A DNA stretch of 63,699 nt, the filler included, from Bipalium vagum (taxonomy: Eukaryota): NCBI GenBank assembly GCA_037834085.1. It is 3 parts of 3 records of this genome, joined end to end, with 100 filler letters (N's around TTAATTAATTAA, not from the genome) between each part and the next. Parts side by side here need not be neighbours in the genome. Positions count along the whole stretch, not along the records: positions 24,092 to 47,383 come from JBBMKC010211261.1; 2 more parts are not named here. The stretch is one strand, 5' to 3'. Shown piece after piece: positions 26,091-40,100 of this stretch (position 1 is the stretch's first letter; the number at the start of each line of letters is the position of its first letter). The notes under the pieces are model-generated. The model did no database searches, was not told where the DNA came from, and saw only the letters and a list, made by a program, of their open reading frames with translations. The position numbers were made by a program, and so were the translations under genes.

Positions 26091-26577
26091 TATATATTGA
26101 CTATATCAATCTTTTGACACAAATATTATTAAAAATAAGCACCTTTTCAATTTTTAGACTTGATAATATGGTCAAGACCATTCAAAGAATAGTATTGCCG
26201 AATATGTTAATACAATAGTTGATGTAATTTTGAGAATTTTTAATAAGAATTAGGAAAGACAGACAAGCGATTCATTATTAATAAAAGGCAACTTGAAATT
26301 AACATTCAAACACGTAAAAGGGTTTTAGTGTGTTCTCTAATTAATTAGAAACACAATTTTAATCAATTATAATTTAGTAAAATATTTAGTAGAAATGATA
26401 CCCTAATGTAATTAGTAATAGATTAATTTTAAATAATTAAAATGTTAATTAACAAAATAACACTTAATGAAATATAAAACGATTTTTACTTAAAAGTTAG
26501 CTTTAAGAAATATATTCTGACACGAGTAACACACCCATAATATGCTCTAGAAATTATTTGAATAATAAAAATGAATA

Positions 26578-27396
26578 TCAACATATATTTAAGGACTTAA
26601 TGATGCAGTTCATGGAATCTATATTATGGAAACATATTTCCAAATCAGATTTATAGTTAATCAAACCAGTTTTTATTGAATCGGAGGCTTCTTCTATATT
26701 TGGGAAATCTATAAAAGAGCCAGAATATAAATCTAAATTATCCAGGCGATAAAAAGAAGTTGACATAATTAAAGTATCCAAGTTTTTTAGCATCCTTAAT
26801 TGGTTTACAGCTTGGTTAATTTCCGGATTGTAACATGATGAGGAATTCGACTTCAATTTATTTAGAGCTGTGGACAATGCGCAGAATGCATTGAAATCCA
26901 GTTTATGATTTAGACTTTCATCGTATGCAAATTTCCACAAACTTTCTTCCAAATATTCTAATGCTCGCTCCCCTTCGAGTTTGTATTTTTGATTTATTTC
27001 TATTTTTTCATACTCAGTAAGAAGTTGAGTTGTTATTTCCTTTATTTTCCCATAAGAATTCTTCAAATTATTGATATTTTTTGTGCACTTCTCTAAACTA
27101 TCCAATATAAAATTACTGTACACCATGAGGATATTTTTAATTTTTTGAGGCAAAAGTTTTTCATGATACGTACTGAGTTCCAAAACTTTCTGTATTTCAT
27201 TGTTTCCATTACATTCATAAATACAACCTGAACTAATATTATCAATAGGACATTTGCTATAATCTTCAAGCATTTGTTCCAAGCAATACTGGCAAAACGA
27301 ATGATATTTATAACATTGAGAAAAGCCATATTGAGTACCTAAAAAACCTTCAAAACATATTGTACAGTAATTATTTATTTGAGTTAAATTATCCAT
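26578..27396 (-). CDS. Intronless RING-finger protein (C3HC3D type), putative E3 ligase
   Basis: Uninterrupted 272-aa ORF; C-x2-C-x13-C-x3-H-x2-C-x2-C-x10-C-x2-D at the N-terminus, then helical/coiled-coil-like sequence. Confidence 0.8.
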   Translation of the reverse strand: MDNLTQINNYCTICFEGFLGTQYGFSQCYKYHSFCQYCLEQMLEDYSKCPIDNISSGCIYECNGNNEIQKVLELSTYHEKLLPQKIKNILMVYSNFILDSLEKCTKNINNLKNSYGKIKEITTQLLTEYEKIEINQKYKLEGERALEYLEESLWKFAYDESLNHKLDFNAFCALSTALNKLKSNSSSCYNPEINQAVNQLRMLKNLDTLIMSTSFYRLDNLDLYSGSFIDFPNIEEASDSIKTGLINYKSDLEICFHNIDSMNCIIKSLNIC

Positions 27397-28758
27397 TTCT
27401 TTGAGTAATTATTTTAATTAATTATTTAATGTTAAACAAATTTTATTTTTTATATTAATTTGAATTTAATATTTTTTTGAATAGAAAATTAAATTTTAAT
27501 AAAATATTTTAAAATAAAAATCAGAATATAATTAAAATTTTGAAGTTAATAAATAATTATATATAATCAAATTTTAAATATTGATTTCATTTCGTGAATA
27601 ATTATATAAAATTGTTAATAATCAATATTATGGTTTTATGAACAAAAAAAATATATTTTATTAAAAAATATTTTTAAGAAATCAGTAATGGATCAAAAAA
27701 TCTCAAATAATTTAATATGTATCAGATTTTTGATAAGATTTATCACATTTTCCATTAAACAAATTTAAAGATACATTACCTTCAAAATAAAAATAACAGG
27801 TTAACAAAAAATAATTCTTAAAAAAAACTTTAACAAAATCTTTGAAATCATAATTTTTAAAATATTATTTAATATTCTTTAAATTTTAAATTTTATTATT
27901 AAATTTTTTTATTTACTAAAAGTTTTTAAAATGTATTATTTGAATATAATTTTTATAAGAATTTTTAAAATAATCATTAAATGTATTTAATATATTTTTA
28001 TAAATTTAAAATTTATTATGGTTAAATTAATTTTTCATATTTTTGAATTTTGAAATTGAATTTTATTATTAAATTTTTAAATTTATTTTGCCAAATAAAA
28101 TTTTTGATTATTTTTTGTTAAATTTTGAAATGATTGTCTTTTAAAAATTGTATTTTATTTTACCTATAAAAATAGTGTCAAAATTATCTTCTTATATTAA
28201 AAATTTAAGAAAATTTTTATTTTATTTTAGACAGGTTTTGTGAAAAAAAATCAATGTTTTTTAATACAAACAAGTAATTTCAGTTTTAAATTCTAAATTA
28301 AATTAATTTTAAAATTATTTAATTATTGGTTTTAAAGGTTTTTATATTCGATTTCATATAATGGGGTAAAGCAAATATTTTTAAAAATTATTTATTACAA
28401 AGACAACATTAATCATTTTCATTCATAATATTTAGAGTTTTGCACTTTTATTAGGTCAAAATGTGAGGTTAATTTAAATGATTTTATTTATTATTTTATC
28501 TATTAAAAGTTTAATTATTTTATAGCCAATGTTAATCTTAGTTAAACAATTTTGAGTTTTTATTTTATTTTTTTTAATTTCTTTTTTAAAGTTCAGACCG
28601 AATTAAATTTTTGTGAAGCATCATGTCTAGTTTTCAACTCACTTTGGTTAGATAAAATACTTGATCAGATGCAATGGGTTAATAAAATTTGTCATCAATG
28701 GGTTAAGAAAAATGTTATATATTTTCCTTTAAAAAATTTAACAGAATTACTTTAAAAG

Positions 28759-29216
28759 ATGGACAAGAATATCATTAATTTAATCAGCAGATCCTGTGAA
28801 GATGCCGTATCATTTTTGAGACAAATTGGACTATTAGCAGTCGTCGGTATGAATAAACTTTTGTTATAATTTATTAAGTTATTGTTTTAGATAATTATGA
28901 TTCTTTTGGGAAAGAGTTGAAGCAATCTCCATCAATACAAAATAACGATGGAATTTCTTGGCGTTGTGTGAATGTTAAATGTCAATATTACACGCGCTAC
29001 TTTTCAATTAGGAGAAAATATTTTTGTTCAATATTCAAAATATCGCTCAACAAAATTATACATTTAATGTATTACTGGAGAATGAAGAGACCCGAAAAGG
29101 ATGCAATTCAATATATGGTACAGAAGTCTTACCTGGTCGAATGGACTTGAAGGCAAAATTTTCTAAAGACAGATCCAAATACCATATTTGATTTATTAAA
29201 TAAATTTGAATATTAA
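28759..29216 (+). mobile_element. Merlin (ISXO2-like) deletion derivative with an intron
   Basis: Exon 28759-28846, GT-AG intron 28847-28890, then DGISWRC..C..SIR...ISL..IIHLMYYW fused to C-terminal SYLVEWT*R; DDE core absent. Confidence 0.75.
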
Positions 29217-29464
29217 ATTGTTTTTTTAATTTTCTTTCTATTGCTTTTATTCATTTTATATGTTTAATATATAATTAATTTATTTTTTGTAATATTTTTT
29301 TGGATTTGAAAAGAAATATGGGTTGGAAAATGAATATGATTTGGTGTGATGGGTTATAAAACAAACATGAAAACCATAAATGGGTTAGAAAAAACTAAAC
29401 ATGATACAATTCTTTTTATTTATTTTTTCATGAAAGAAAAATGGTTTCATAACAAATTAGGAAT

Positions 29465-30166
29465 TGAATCCTATCGAGACACAGATATTTTCTGGATTTA
29501 GTGGTTTTGTCATGAAAGATATTAGTTTGGTAGAATCCCAAATTCGGCAGTGTTATCGGATAACTTCACCATCCATGTGGAAATATGCTTCATTAGTCCA
29601 GAAAATGTTATGTAGAATATCCTGCAGTTGCGAAAACCACAAACCAAATTTAACTCGCTCCTTATAATCTGCTGACTATAACTCAAGAAGCTGTTGTATT
29701 TTATAAGGCTTTAACTTTTCATCTTTCAAAAAAATTTGAATTGAGATTGGCAGAATATTAGTTTCCATGGATAATCTTAGAATGCACGTTTATCCTTATC
29801 ATCCAATGCATCTTTAATAACGGTTTTACATGCAATAATTAAAGAAAGACTATTTGTCTCAAATTTCCGAATAAATTTGGTCACTGCCTAACAGGTGCAT
29901 GTGTTTTTGATTATCTCTCTTTCCTTCTTGATTTACTTAATTGTATTTGAAGGAGAAATTTAATTTGCATAATAACATCGAATGATGTCAATTTTCAAAT
30001 ATAGCATATTCATATGCATATACATATATATCATATTTCAAATAAATTATTTTAAAAAATCTACTTTAACCAATGTAATATAATTTTTTAAAATTTAAAT
30101 AAAATATAGTTTTCTAAAAATATTGATAGGCAAAACAACCTTTTCTTTGGTTTTCGAACAACCTGT
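29465..30166 (-). mobile_element. DD41D (rosa)-like element, 5' half
   Basis: TA+caggttgttc terminus; LKPYK..LLEL..ADYKERVKF...IFWTNEAYFHMDGEV..HCRIW. Confidence 0.8.
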
Positions 30167-30284
30167 ATATAATAATTGTTTATAGATATTTTAAAAAGTG
30201 AAAAAATAGATAAGAAAATGTTGTACACAACACAAAAAGCATAAAACTGAAATGTGTAAATAAATAGTTTTTAAAATGTAAATA

Positions 30285-30520
30285 TCAGGTTGTGAGGAAT
30301 GAAATTTGTAAAATGAAAAACAAAGTTTATTAATAAATTATAAATAAAAGAAACTATTGATTTATACTTTATCAGATTAAAATGATATTTTCAAACAAGA
30401 CAGATATATATAATTTACCAACGCAAAAAACAGAATGGTAAAATATCAAGCAGATAACAAATAAACAACAATTAAAGTTGGCAATTTCATTACCCACAAA
30501 TTTCATACTACACAACCTGA
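30285..30520. mobile_element. Mariner-type MITE (236 bp)
   Basis: TIRs tcaggttgtgaggaatgaaatttgt / acaaatttcatactacacaacctga, flanked by TA. Confidence 0.85.
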
Positions 30521-31123
30521 TATTTGCTTTTTAATAATTGGTTATTAATTAAATAATTTTATAAAATGTAATGTTAATTAGATTCAATTTATTTTTGATA
30601 AATTAAGGGCGAAAAAATTATGAAAATATCACAACTCGATTTATAGTTCTATATTAATAACTCTTTTGAACACTTGTAAAGTACAAATAATTAATCATAA
30701 ATAATATTATAATTATAGGAAAAATATTAAATATATAGAAACATATATTAATTACATAAGTTTGTACTTTTTATTAAACTAGGTGTGATCAAATGTCTAA
30801 TTAAATAGAGTTCAAATCACTAAGTACAGTAGGAAAAGTAAATAAATAAAAACTCAATTAATAGCACTGAGGAAGAAAAATTATTTATACAAATAATCTA
30901 CAGTAATTTTATACGTAATTGTAAAATAATATAATATAATAATCTCTTCATATACTTTAATTCATGAGTATCCATCATACTGTCTGAGGAAAAACATTTA
31001 TAAATAAAAATATCTAAATTTTTAGTAATGACAAACAAATAAATCAGCAGGCTTAAAAAACTAAACAATCTTGTATTGCACGTTTAAAAATATTTATAAC
31101 TTTTAAAAATATAATCATTATTT

Positions 31124-34100
31124 TTAAGCAGTCTTCAATAATTTTGATGCTTGTTGATTTGCACTTCTGATGCGTTCTTCGTTGTTAACGGCCTGAAAAG
31201 AGAAATAAATATTGAAATAAATACTTATGAAAAATCAAGAACTTTTAATAATATGTGACAATTATTAATAAACATGATGAAGCAATTATTTTGAGAATAG
31301 TAAATTAATTGTTAATTATTCTTTTTTTCAGAACTTGAATTTTTATTCATTAAAATATATTGAATAAATTGTTGCGATTCATCCTATTAAAGAGGGTAAT
31401 AATAATAAATAATAATAATAATAATAATCTAAATTCACAATATGAATAAAAATGTAATAATAAGAGATTAATTATTAAAAATTATTAATAAAATAAAAAT
31501 TATTTTCCTTTTGCAGTAGCTAGCTGCTAATGGGATTTGTCTGTTGAAACCAGCTATTAGATTTGAAGTCAAATAAGAACCAGTTCATATTATATTATAT
31601 TAATAAAATAATTATTAATTAAAATAATTATCTTAGAACATGATTTCAAAAGGCTTGTTATCAATGTTTAAGATATTTTATTTATTAATACTTGATAGCA
31701 AAAAAAATTATTCAAATTTTTGATAAACACAATAACTAGTAAAATCATTAAACGATAGTAATCAAAATATCAATATTGATTTTAAAAATATTATTATTTA
31801 TTATTTATTATATATATTAATAGTATTAACAGTCTCTATTCTCATTGATATTTCTAGTATCTCTTAAATATATTTAAATTAAATAATTGACAAAAGAACA
31901 TTTACAAATTCTTTCTAGTGAACATACATAATTCATAAAAATAATAAAACAAACTTAACAGTTTTTATAACATTTAATGACAATAAGATATTTTAATAAT
32001 GATAAATAATTGGGAATGTACAATTAATTATTAGTTATTTTCAATTTGAAACAGAGTAATTTCCTATCATAAATATTATTATAGGATCATTCTTGAAAAA
32101 TAGTATGAGACTATCTATTTTACAACAGTCTGTGCTTTCAACAATTCAACATTTCATATACTGGCTACAAAAAGGAATTTCGTACGATGCAGCTGGGAAA
32201 TGTTCATCTGTTATATCAGCTGTGTTAAGTGAGGTTATCATGAAACATTTTTCATGATAATTCAGCTTCATCCTTAAAGAGTTCCTCAGATATGAAATAT
32301 TAACATTTTCCAATGGCTAGGAAATTCTCCGGATTTGAACCCCATTGAGAACTTTTGGGAATTTATTAAACGGGAACTAAATATATGCTAACAAATTAGA
32401 ATCAACTTATTTAAAGTTGAATCAAGTGATTCAAAGAAATTGAAAGAAAACGTCAAATTATATATTAATACTATGCCCAATAATATCATGTCCAATCGAC
32501 TTAAGGTTCTGATAGATCCAAAAGACGGTGTAAAGAATTTTTAAGAAATCATTAAATATTTATTTTTTGTCTTAATTACTGTTAACTTTTTATACAAGTA
32601 GTTACTAAATTTATTATATTTAATATATTCAGACCATTTTTGTGGTTTTAAGATGTCAATTTAACTAGCATTGAGGTGTCCCCAATAATTTGGCAGCATC
32701 GTGAATAAAAAGTTTGTTATTTATTAAAGTTAACAGCAAAAAATCTTGGTTGAGAAGAGAAGTTACATTAGCTAATTATCATTTCGATTGATATTTTTGA
32801 TAATTTTGTGTTTTTTAATTCATTACTGTAACGTTCTATATCTTACACATATTCTTAGGAATAGCAGATAAATATTTTATTTCGGTTTACATAAAATAAT
32901 TATGAGTACTAGTAATATAACAAAATATTATCTCAACACAAGAATAAAATAAGAAAAAGAAATAATATAAAATGTTTACGTCACAATTTAAGTTGCATTT
33001 AGTCTGAAAATTATGAAAAAGCTTAGTCTGAAATTTATTTTTTCGGAATTATCTTGATTTAACTGTTGCATTTTCTGACGACCAGAAGATGTTCTCCTGT
33101 GAACTTACGAGCACATCCAGTACACCAGTCGACACAAGGGATCGAGAAATATTCATCATGTAGCTGGCGGCCCCAATGCGATGACCGGCAACGCCGCTAT
33201 GATGATAACACAAAGTCTGGTACCAATACCAAAGAGATTTCCTATTTCTTAGACAAAGGAACATAAACTTTTGAGAACTCTGATTTTAATAATCCTGCCT
33301 GGCTGTAGTCTAAGGTATGAATGCTGGAAATCTCACGGACTATCAGGTGATATGCTAGAGGTCTTGTCAGCTCACAAGAGACTGGCTCCAAGAAGCATCA
33401 ACATTTCAAGAAACTTATAAATGAGACAGTTAAATCAAATTTCAACAATTTTCTTTGTCATTACAATTTTTTATCTTTAATAATCAAAAATTAATAAATA
33501 ATAACTTTTTAAAATTGTTTTATAATATCATATTTATATTTTTAAAGGTCACGAGAAAAACTTTATTAATAATTTCTCTATTTTATTGCGATGACAGAAT
33601 CTCCATTCATATGTATAATATAATGGATAATAAAGTAGATTTCAGAGAAATTTGAAGTTTTCTAAGATGTTAGTTACAAATAACGTTATTATGTTATTTT
33701 TAAAAATTTATTTCTAAACTCCAAAGACAGAAATTCATACTATTAAAATCTTTAGACAATTTTTGGTGATCTTGGCAAGCAAACCGATCCAAGACATTTT
33801 GTTCATGTGACTTCTTATGTTCCATAATTATTTTCTCACACAAGCAACATGATGTAGACCAATGTCGCTGTATTTGTAAGCATATTAATAAAATATAAAA
33901 GGTTTTTGCTCTACAAACATAATTAGCAATAATTACCATACTAATTAAAGTTAATTATCAACCGTGGAAAAGCCATCTTATTTCTGAGAAGTAACATCCG
34001 ACTTTGTTTACTTGGAACTATTAAATGAATCGTTGAGTGTGAGCATTGTATTGCTTGTGTCTACAGAATTGTCGCTTTTATGCTGGACAGTGTCTTGTAT

Positions 34101-37100
34101 AAAAAAGTATAGTCAAACTTCATAAAGACCTCATTATTCGGTCTTGAATTGAGATACTAATGTATGAAGGATATATCAAGGTAAAGGATATTTATCAGAA
34201 AATATATTTTGGGAGACTTCAATATAAACATGAAATGAAATAAATGGTATTTTCGGCGTTTCAATTTTATATCTTGATTTAAAAGCATTGGTCTAAACAT
34301 TCACAGAATGCCTGTTTAATTATTTCATAAAGAGAAATAATTATCATTGTTAAACATAAAGGATTCTTAGAGAAACCTTTCCCAAGATCTTAACCAATTG
34401 GTTTTGGTTACGAAGCATCTTTAAGAAGACAGTATTTTAAGTGTTTAAGAAAAAAAATTTGAAATAAGTCTTAAAAAAAAGTAAAATATTTTATATATCC
34501 TCCTTTCTTCAAAATATTTTTATTATGTAATTTAGCATTGCAAATTGAATCTGATAAATAACAAAAGGTTACGAAAGATTAAGAAAAGTCTTTCATATTC
34601 GTTTAACTGAAAGCAAAGGATTATATGTATGGAATTTATTCTTGAGAATAAAGTCAACTATTGTCAAATCTGTTCAACTATCTATTAGAAAACAACAGAA
34701 TCTTTTCTTGACATAAGACTGCTCTTTAATGTAAAGAGATTGAGCAACAATTAATGTATGTATTCCACGAAGTTTGGAATCAAAGATGTATCCTAAGAAA
34801 TTATTTCGTAATAAACAAACGTCTCATATTTCTCTAATCGCTCAACATTGACCTCTTATCAAAGCAAATTTATCAAAAAATTACATTGGGGTTTGGGGGT
34901 TGATATATCACTTATTACAATTCGTTTCTTAAAAAGGTATGGATATTGGGAAAGCTCAATTACATATATCGAATTCCTCAGTTGCCAGTTAATTAGTTCT
35001 AGTAAACATTGTCCATTTTGTATTGCTTCTTTAATAAGTATCAAGTTTCGCAGACACCATTTGTTTGTATGATATAGTTTTTCAAGGGTTTTGAAGGTTA
35101 CAATATCAAAAGATGGTCAAGTAATGAGGTCTTTGTCTTGATTGAACTCACTATTTTGATTTTTTTAAAGGTCGTGATGATAATGACATCAAACCTTTAG
35201 CTTTCCATATATTTTGTAATTTATCGACAGAATTTTGAAACTTTTCAATACATAATAAAAATTAATACAAAAAATTAAAAATTAATACAAAAAATTAAGA
35301 ATTAAGAAAAAATTAAGTACCCAATCAAATCAAAATTCAAATGTTTGTTGAAAAATTATTTTTCTTAGTTTTAAAAATTATCATCATACATCAAACCGTA
35401 AGGTTCAACAAAATACATGACTTAAATGATGAAAACCATAACATTTTGTAATTTCTCAATTAACGATAAAGTTTGTTAATATTTACAAAGCAGTAATCAT
35501 TATGTAAAGCGCTGCAGGGTGGATGGATAAATAAGGAGCCATTGTCGACATTTAATACTGTTATCTTCATTTGTGATTAATTTTTTTCATGATGCAAATT
35601 TAATAAATGTTTTAATATCTTTTAATTTTTTTATTTAACTTTAAATCAGTTAGAAAAGAATGTAAGTATAAACAAGCATAAATTTTCGTAGAAAATAATA
35701 CAAAACTTATTTAATTGAATATTAAAACAAAATTTAATAAATAAATGTTTTTAAAAATATTATGTCAATATTAGGCGATATAAAGTTTCAGTCGTATTTA
35801 AAGTAAAAATCAAAAAAAATTCTTAAAACATAAAATTTATTGTATCAAATATGTTCATTTTGTTCGGTAGCCTTTCGCCATTTATCTTGTAAATTCAAAA
35901 TGCCATTCCTTTATAATTTCTGAGATTTTTGATCAATAAACTCTACAATGTACTTTTCACTATTCTTCTCTTGAAAATATTGGAACTCCATTAAGAAAAT
36001 TCTGCACAGACAAAAACAAATGGTGGTGCATAGATGCTATGATTGAACAAAAAGCTGAGTGCAAGAGAACTACCAATTTTCTTTCATTTTTTCAGTCATT
36101 AAAGATGTTTGTGGTCAAGCGTTGTCGTGGTGGAACACAACACCCTTGGGGCAATTCAGACATGCTTTTTTCATGTTACTGACAATAGAATATAGAATCA
36201 ATTGTTTGACCAGTTTTCAGAACCTCATAATGTACAATTCCTTTGAAATTAGATTTTTCCTCAAGACAATATTTGCTTTGCAATTGTTTGAAGAGGTTTT
36301 TTGGACCACGATCTTTTTCTCATATTATTATAATGCATAATCTACTTTTCATTTCCGCTGATAATATTTTAAAAATGGTTCAAGTTTATTTCTTTTCAAT
36401 AAAGATTCACAATATAAATTCCTTTCAGACACTTAAATATCAAGGTTTTTCAAATGAGTTGAAACAGTTTGTTGACAAACCTTTATCAATGTCATAACTG
36501 CCCAAACCCGATGTATGTTTTGGATCATTATCATGTTGAGATATAAAATTAGCAAGAAGCTCTTGTTTAGCAGTTAATCTTAAAAGATTTTCTGATAGAA
36601 TTCTTTTACATTGAAATATATTCATGATTCGATAATATTCAAAGATCCAATTCCCATAGATGACACGCATCTCCAAATCATTTATGATCACCATTCAAAT
36701 TAAGCAATGAGAATAATATATTGTCTTTTGAGCCTAGATTTACGAGGACATCAACATCTCTGTCGACCATCAGAGGAAAACGTACTTGTTTTAATCTCAT
36801 CATTGAACAATATCCTATCTCAATACATAGACGTCCACAAACTCCATTTGGTTGCTAAATCCAATCGATTTTGCATATTCCTTCCTGAATGGAGAGATAT
36901 TTTAATGGAACACAGCTCGAAAAACCAATATCTTTTATAATATTTTGAATTTTCACATTAGCAACCATTTTGTTTTACTCTCTATATAAATTTCTTGCCA
37001 ATTTGCTTGCTGAAATCATTGGGTTTTCTTTTGTTTTTTCTAATAAAAACTTTTCTTCTTCATCATCTAAATCTTTTTTCCGACCATATCATTTATTTCT

Positions 37101-40100
37101 CATTACAATACCAAATTTCTTGTGTTTTTTAATACTATCTTGGACTGTTGATTTAGGTACTCCGGTTTTCTACTATTTTACGAAAAATAAATGTCCTTTT
37201 TGACAGACGAACAATTTCAAATCTTATAGTTAATTTTTATTCCTCCATATTTATTAATTGAATTGATTAAAATTATTTTAAATAAAGATTTTATATTGGT
37301 TTAAAATTTTACCTGTTCAGAAATCATTTTCCGTTAATATTTTAAAATATACATTTTTGAATTTTAATTCTTAGGTGAAATTAAATCACATCGTTAGATT
37401 ATTACTAGAACAGGACTGAGTTAACTATATACATATACTAATAATTTTGAGCTGATATTTTCAGAGAGATTTAATATTCATGGCTTGTCTGGTATTTTAA
37501 TTCCCTATATTTTTATTGCCTGAAATTCAAATTCAAAACCGATTATGACGAAAACTATGGAAATATTTTAGGTGACCTTAATATTTGAATAAAATTAAAA
37601 TTATATTTTTTCATTTTCTTACTTTTATACTATCAAAAATTGGTTTTTATTCAAATAATTTTATTATCCATTTATGTTTTGAGATATAATAAATTGTTCT
37701 GATAAATAAAAAACATTCAAGAGTATTTTAATTTGTTTCACTATAATCAAAATTCTTAAAAATATCCCTGGCCAAATTTAGAATATTAATCTAAAATGCT
37801 TTCATTAAAGAAATTATTTTATCATATGAATAAATGAAAGTCATTCTTTTCAGTACACTTAAATAATGATTTGGAAAAGGCTAAACAATTTTATTAGCAT
37901 TTAGCAAAGAAAATATTTTCTGTTAACGCTGCAAAGTAAAAAATATTCACAGATAATTTGAAAAAAATAGAATAAAATATAAATTAATTTATTATTATTA
38001 TCAAATGCATTATGTTACGAAGTTCTTAAAAGCCTCAAATCAGTCATCAAAAACTTGTCAATAAAATTTTGAATAATAAAAAAAATTAAAAAAAAGAATT
38101 CTCTTAAAAATATTCACTTTGTACGAGACATTTAATTAATGCTCATTAAATTATTAAGAGGTCTTAAGACTTTATTTTACTGATTTTCATTCAAATGCTC
38201 AAATTTTGATTTGAACTAATAAAAACAAGAAAAAATATTCCTCTCTAACGGTTCTTAAAAGAAAACAAAGCAGAAAGAAAAATATTATGAAAATATTACC
38301 GTCAAAAAGGGCATGAAAATTGTAACGAAATAAAATTATTCAATTCAATTAGACAATTGATTAATAACATTTTTCTGATTACGTGAATCTGTGAGGAAAT
38401 ATAACATCCACTTCGGTGAACTTAAAAGGTGATAATTAAAAATAAACAAATAGAAAATCAGAATCATTCAACCGAAGCATCTAACAGGCATTAATCCTAT
38501 CCCACACATCGCAGGTTTTCAACTAGAGGCAGATTTTTATTCACTTGAAAGGAAATCGGGTTGGGTAATAAATCACTGATTATTTTCAGTAGTGATTAAT
38601 ACACTTACTTTTCTATTTATTCTGTCAATTTGATGGTTTTGTTGAGCTATAGAGCTACCCATATCTATTGCCATGTTTTTTAGATTGCTTACCATACCTG
38701 ACACTTCAGTAATATTTTGATCCATCTCATCCTCTCGGGCATCATTTGTAATTCTATAAAAACATCAGTCTAATTAAACAGAAATGATATGAGATGAATA
38801 TATTTATTACCAGTATTATTTTAAAAAAATATTTTATTATCGTTATAATATTTTTCAATAAAAATAATATTATTATTACTATTACTGCTAATACTACTAA
38901 TAGTAATACAAAACAAATTAAAAATATTATATAATATTAGTATTAAAATTTAAAAGATCTCACATTACGTTATTTTTATTTAGAATTAAATTATATTCGA
39001 GTTTAATGAGATTTATTTCATAAAAATAACAATTTTCTAATCAAAATTAAAACAACAAATATCTTATAAATAAATCAAACCATGTTTTAAATATACCACC
39101 TCCACGTAAAATGTTGATAAATAAGGAAAATAATGAATTTTAGTGTAAATATATATATTAGGTCTACAAGTTGAAAAGGTGTCTATTTTAAATATTATTA
39201 TACACAAAAAAGATTGATAAATAAATATATATTTATGCAAGATATAACTACAATTTTATTTATGAAATAATCTTCATTGTTCTCGATGCATTTTAACTAT
39301 TCTTCAGGTTGCTCGCTGTTTCCAATCTGGAAAAAAGATTTTGCGATTTTGGAATCATTTACTATGCATGTACAAGTATATAAACTGGTTCACTCAAAAT
39401 TAACCTACCATTTTAATTTTTTTATTGAAATAAATGGATTTTTGAAAATTTTTTTATATAAAATAAAAATGCGGAATTTTAAATAAATGAAAATCTTGTT
39501 CATAGAAGACCGCGTATTTCTTGTAAAGCTGTAATACTACTGTCTATCATTTGTCAAAAAATTCCTTTACAAATTTGAGGCCGATGAGACGTTCCTGAAC
39601 AATATCTGGTAGAGCGATTTGTCAATTTTTTTTATTCATGCCTTACCAAACAGGCAAAATAGTCGCTGTTAGACTGAAGGCAAATGTAATGTGCCAACAA
39701 TTGAGATACCTCGGTATCTTCCATCAATAATGATTTTTACCAAATTCAATAATCGCTACGTTATTGAACCATTTTTTCTTTGAGGAAAACGGAAATACTG
39801 TATCAGTAAATTGTGCCAGATATCGAAATGTGCCAGTTAAAGAAAAAACGATCTTAGTGCAGAATTGAGCTCCTTCCCACACTGCTATTGCCACAAGAAC
39901 CCTGCTTACCTCCAAGTTCTTAATAACCGAATCGATAGACAAGGATTCCCAATGGGATGGCCTGCTGCCCTGATCTCACACTAAGTGATTTCTGGCTGTG
40001 AAAAGCTGTGAAGGAGGACATGTATGCTGATTCTTGTTACTTACTCGTTTGTTTGAAATGAAACAGAAAATCAAAGAGGCATTTGAAAATATTTAAACTG

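Noticed and set aside
29318-29410. CRISPR-like array
   Set aside because: Only three degenerate 31-bp units, no repeat-spacer structure, eukaryotic context, no cas genes.
32081-32100. U3 snoRNA box A-like AGGATCATT
   Set aside because: No other U3 boxes or structure; lies at the edge of a Tc1 remnant.
33054-33438. Telomerase RNA, RNase P/MRP or snRNA identity for the structured island
   Set aside because: No CCCUAA-type template seen on either strand, no convincing CR-I/P4 pairing despite CUUAU before the closing stem, and no U1/U2 motifs.
33700-35250. Coding-like decayed region (possible MULE or other TE)
   Set aside because: No motif strong enough to assign a family.
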